64,000 nucleotides of DNA, from contig NC_135901.1 in NCBI RefSeq assembly GCF_964194155.1, positions 25,482,001 to 25,546,000 of the forward strand, read 5' to 3'. This document shows, in pieces, positions 62,000-64,000 of the stretch. The position numbers and the translations under genes are program-made. Position 1 is the stretch's first letter, and the number at the start of each line of letters is the position of its first letter. This stretch comes from Cetorhinus maximus. Taxonomy: Eukaryota. The notes beneath the pieces are model-generated. The model had not been told where the DNA came from and ran no database searches. It worked only from the letters and a program-made list of their open reading frames with translations.

Positions 62000-62635
62000 G
62001 GTGTGGGTATCCTCATGTGTCTCCAGGTTGGATGATCAGTTGAAACCCTCTTTGCAAAGAATACGTGTATGGTTTCTACTCACTGTCAATGGTGTGAAGA
62101 TTTTTTAGGCTGTGTAACTGGTTATAGCTCTTTCTGCAGTCAATACACTGGAACACACACACTCTGGTTGGTGTGTCTCACTGCTTTTCCAGTCACACAG
62201 ATGTTTGAAATCTTTTCCCACAGAAAGAATAGACAAACATTTCTCCTTCCACATTCAAAGGCCGGTGTGATTTAGGTCCTTATGAATGGTGTGACTTTTA
62301 AATCTTGGATCTGAAGATTGATTTGAGTTTCCTGTCTGTAAATATTCCACTTCTAATATCCTGTAAAATGTGATTACAAAAGTCATCACTGTCAGTGCAG
62401 GTTAGAAATTCAGAACATGCAATTCTAGTTTCGATGGAACATTTTTTCCTCTCTTGTTCCTCCAAAGCTGTAAATCCCCGTCCCACACACTCTCCCTCCT
62501 CCCTGGGCTGAAATCCAAACCCATCTCACCATCTCCACCATTTCTTTCCTCCACTCCCAGTTTTCTCCCTCCCCCTCCTCTGCCTGGGTTCAGTTCTCCA
62601 GCTCCTGTCTGCAGACTGACAATAAAATCAATGAG

Positions 62636-63340
62636 TCTTATTGGGGGTTTGGGGCCTCCAGCGGGTGTTTCTGAATCCTCCCCGTCCACCTCCCAGGGTT
62701 TCCTTCCTTCCCACAGATCAGATTCCTCATTGATTTGAGCCCAAAGTGTAACCTCTTATTTATTGTCCCCCCCTCCCCCATCCTCTGATGTGAACCATCC
62801 TCCACTCGCTGACCCAGGATGGCGGCCGTTAACCTGGGCCTGTTCCCGGGAGGGAGAAGCCCCGCAGCTGCAAACCAGGAGCTGACAATTATTCCTCAGG
62901 GTTTGCGGATCCACAAAGTGTTTCCAAATCCTCCCCTTCCAGCCGCCGGCTCCATCGCTCCCTCCCCCCGGGCCTGTCACCGCGGGGTAAACACGGGGCC
63001 TGGGGCCTACCCCAGAAGTTGATCCAGTTCCCAGTCCAGCCGCGGTTTCCATTCCTACCCTGTGCTCACAATCTCCTCCCACCTCCCGAACCGTCCGCTC
63101 CTCCTCACTCTGTCACCATGACTGACACTGAGCATGCTCAGAGCGCACACCCACACTGCACCTGCGCACTGGGAGCCGGGCTCACCGGCCGTCGCCATCT
63201 TGGGAGAGGAAAGCGAGTCTGTTCAGGGAGCCGGGCGTATGGGCGGCCACCTTAGTGAGGGAGAAATGTGAGGGCGGGGCTTCCTCCCCGGCGACGGGCC
63301 CGGGTTACCCGGGCAACCGGCCGCCGCCATCTTATGCTGA
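62636..63340 (-). promoter_or_regulatory. GC-rich promoter/5' cassette of the ZNF at 60824-61999
   Basis: Two cgccatctt (YY1-like) sites, GC box, tgcgcaggtgc; duplicate of 52455-53105. Confidence 0.6.
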
Positions 63341-63489
63341 GGGTTTTCCATCCGGGTCTTTAGTGAAGGAATGGACAATGAGCTGGAGTCAGTTTGAAAA
63401 CTGTTCAGAGGAAGGTCTGAAATCAGATTTACATCCAGATACCTGTAAGGACAATAAAGTTTACATCAATTATGTGTTTAAAATGAAAT

Positions 63490-63645
63490 CAGAATGCTGG
63501 AAATACTCAGTTCTGAAGAAGAATCATATTGGATTGGAAATGTTAAATCAGTTTCTCTCTCTTCACAGAAGCTGCCAAACCTGCTGAGGATTTCCAGAAC
63601 TTTCTGTTTTTATTTCAGATTTCCAGCATCCACTGTATTTTACTA
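63490..63645. mobile_element. Penelope-type terminal sequence
   Basis: ctgaagaagaatcatattggattggaaatgttaa...ctgctgaggatttccag...tttcagatttccagcatc, the same family as the other hairpin elements. Confidence 0.6.
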
Positions 63646-64000
63646 AAATTATTATGTTTCTTTGAAATTTTGTTGCACAACTTAATTACGAGCATAATAA
63701 TTGTTACCATTTAAATGTACAAATCAGTGATATTTATCTGTGTAACTTGGTTGTTCAGGAACAATGTCAGAAATCACTTCACAGAAAATATAGTGGAAAT
63801 TTGGAATTCTGCTGAAATTTCGTCAGTTGGAAATTTTAAAAATACTGAGATTACTGGACATTTCTGAAGCAAGGGTATCAAGGCAAATAAATTGATTTAA
63901 CATGGAAATCAAGGATCTACATACTGGAGCTCAATGTCTGAGGTTGGACTGATTCTGGTTTTGTTTCAAAGGTGGTGTAGGTTTCCCGTCTGTTCTGTAG

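Noticed and set aside
52456-63082. Conserved novel protein encoded by the similar ORFs 52456-52971 and 62756-63082
   Set aside because: Similarity is explained by DNA duplication of a GC-rich promoter region; starts and stops differ and there is no recognisable domain.

Overview
Vertebrate genomic DNA, most likely from a cartilaginous fish (shark). This is inferred from the CR1/L2/Penelope/SINE repeat mix and from KRAB-less C2H2 arrays that begin '[14 protein letters not shown]'; the species cannot be determined. The window is a birth-and-death cluster of seven tandem-C2H2 zinc-finger arrays. Only three keep their ancestral ATG; the rest have lost the start codon or carry nonsense changes. 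They are set in densely nested retroelements and have duplicated GC-rich promoter cassettes (NRF1/YY1/CCAAT/GC-box-like). Three things are not explained by that background. (1) The 5' end of a U1 snRNA gene, with an snRNA-type upstream element, is fused directly to a near full-length Tx1-type LINE, and the U1-internal AUG is in frame with ORF1. (2) Two T-cell-receptor alpha/delta-type V pseudogenes (leader exon, intron, V exon, RSS) lie tail-to-tail with facing RSSs in the middle of the ZNF cluster. (3) Several Penelope-derived fold-back insertions carry hammerhead-like cores, one with a clean 14-bp TSD. Decayed tRNA-Glu and tRNA-Val genes, a 51-bp minisatellite born inside an L2, a 45-bp tandem YY1/NRF1-like promoter array and a promoter core that is inverted between paralogs are also present. 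All coordinates were read by eye, and repeat boundaries are approximate.
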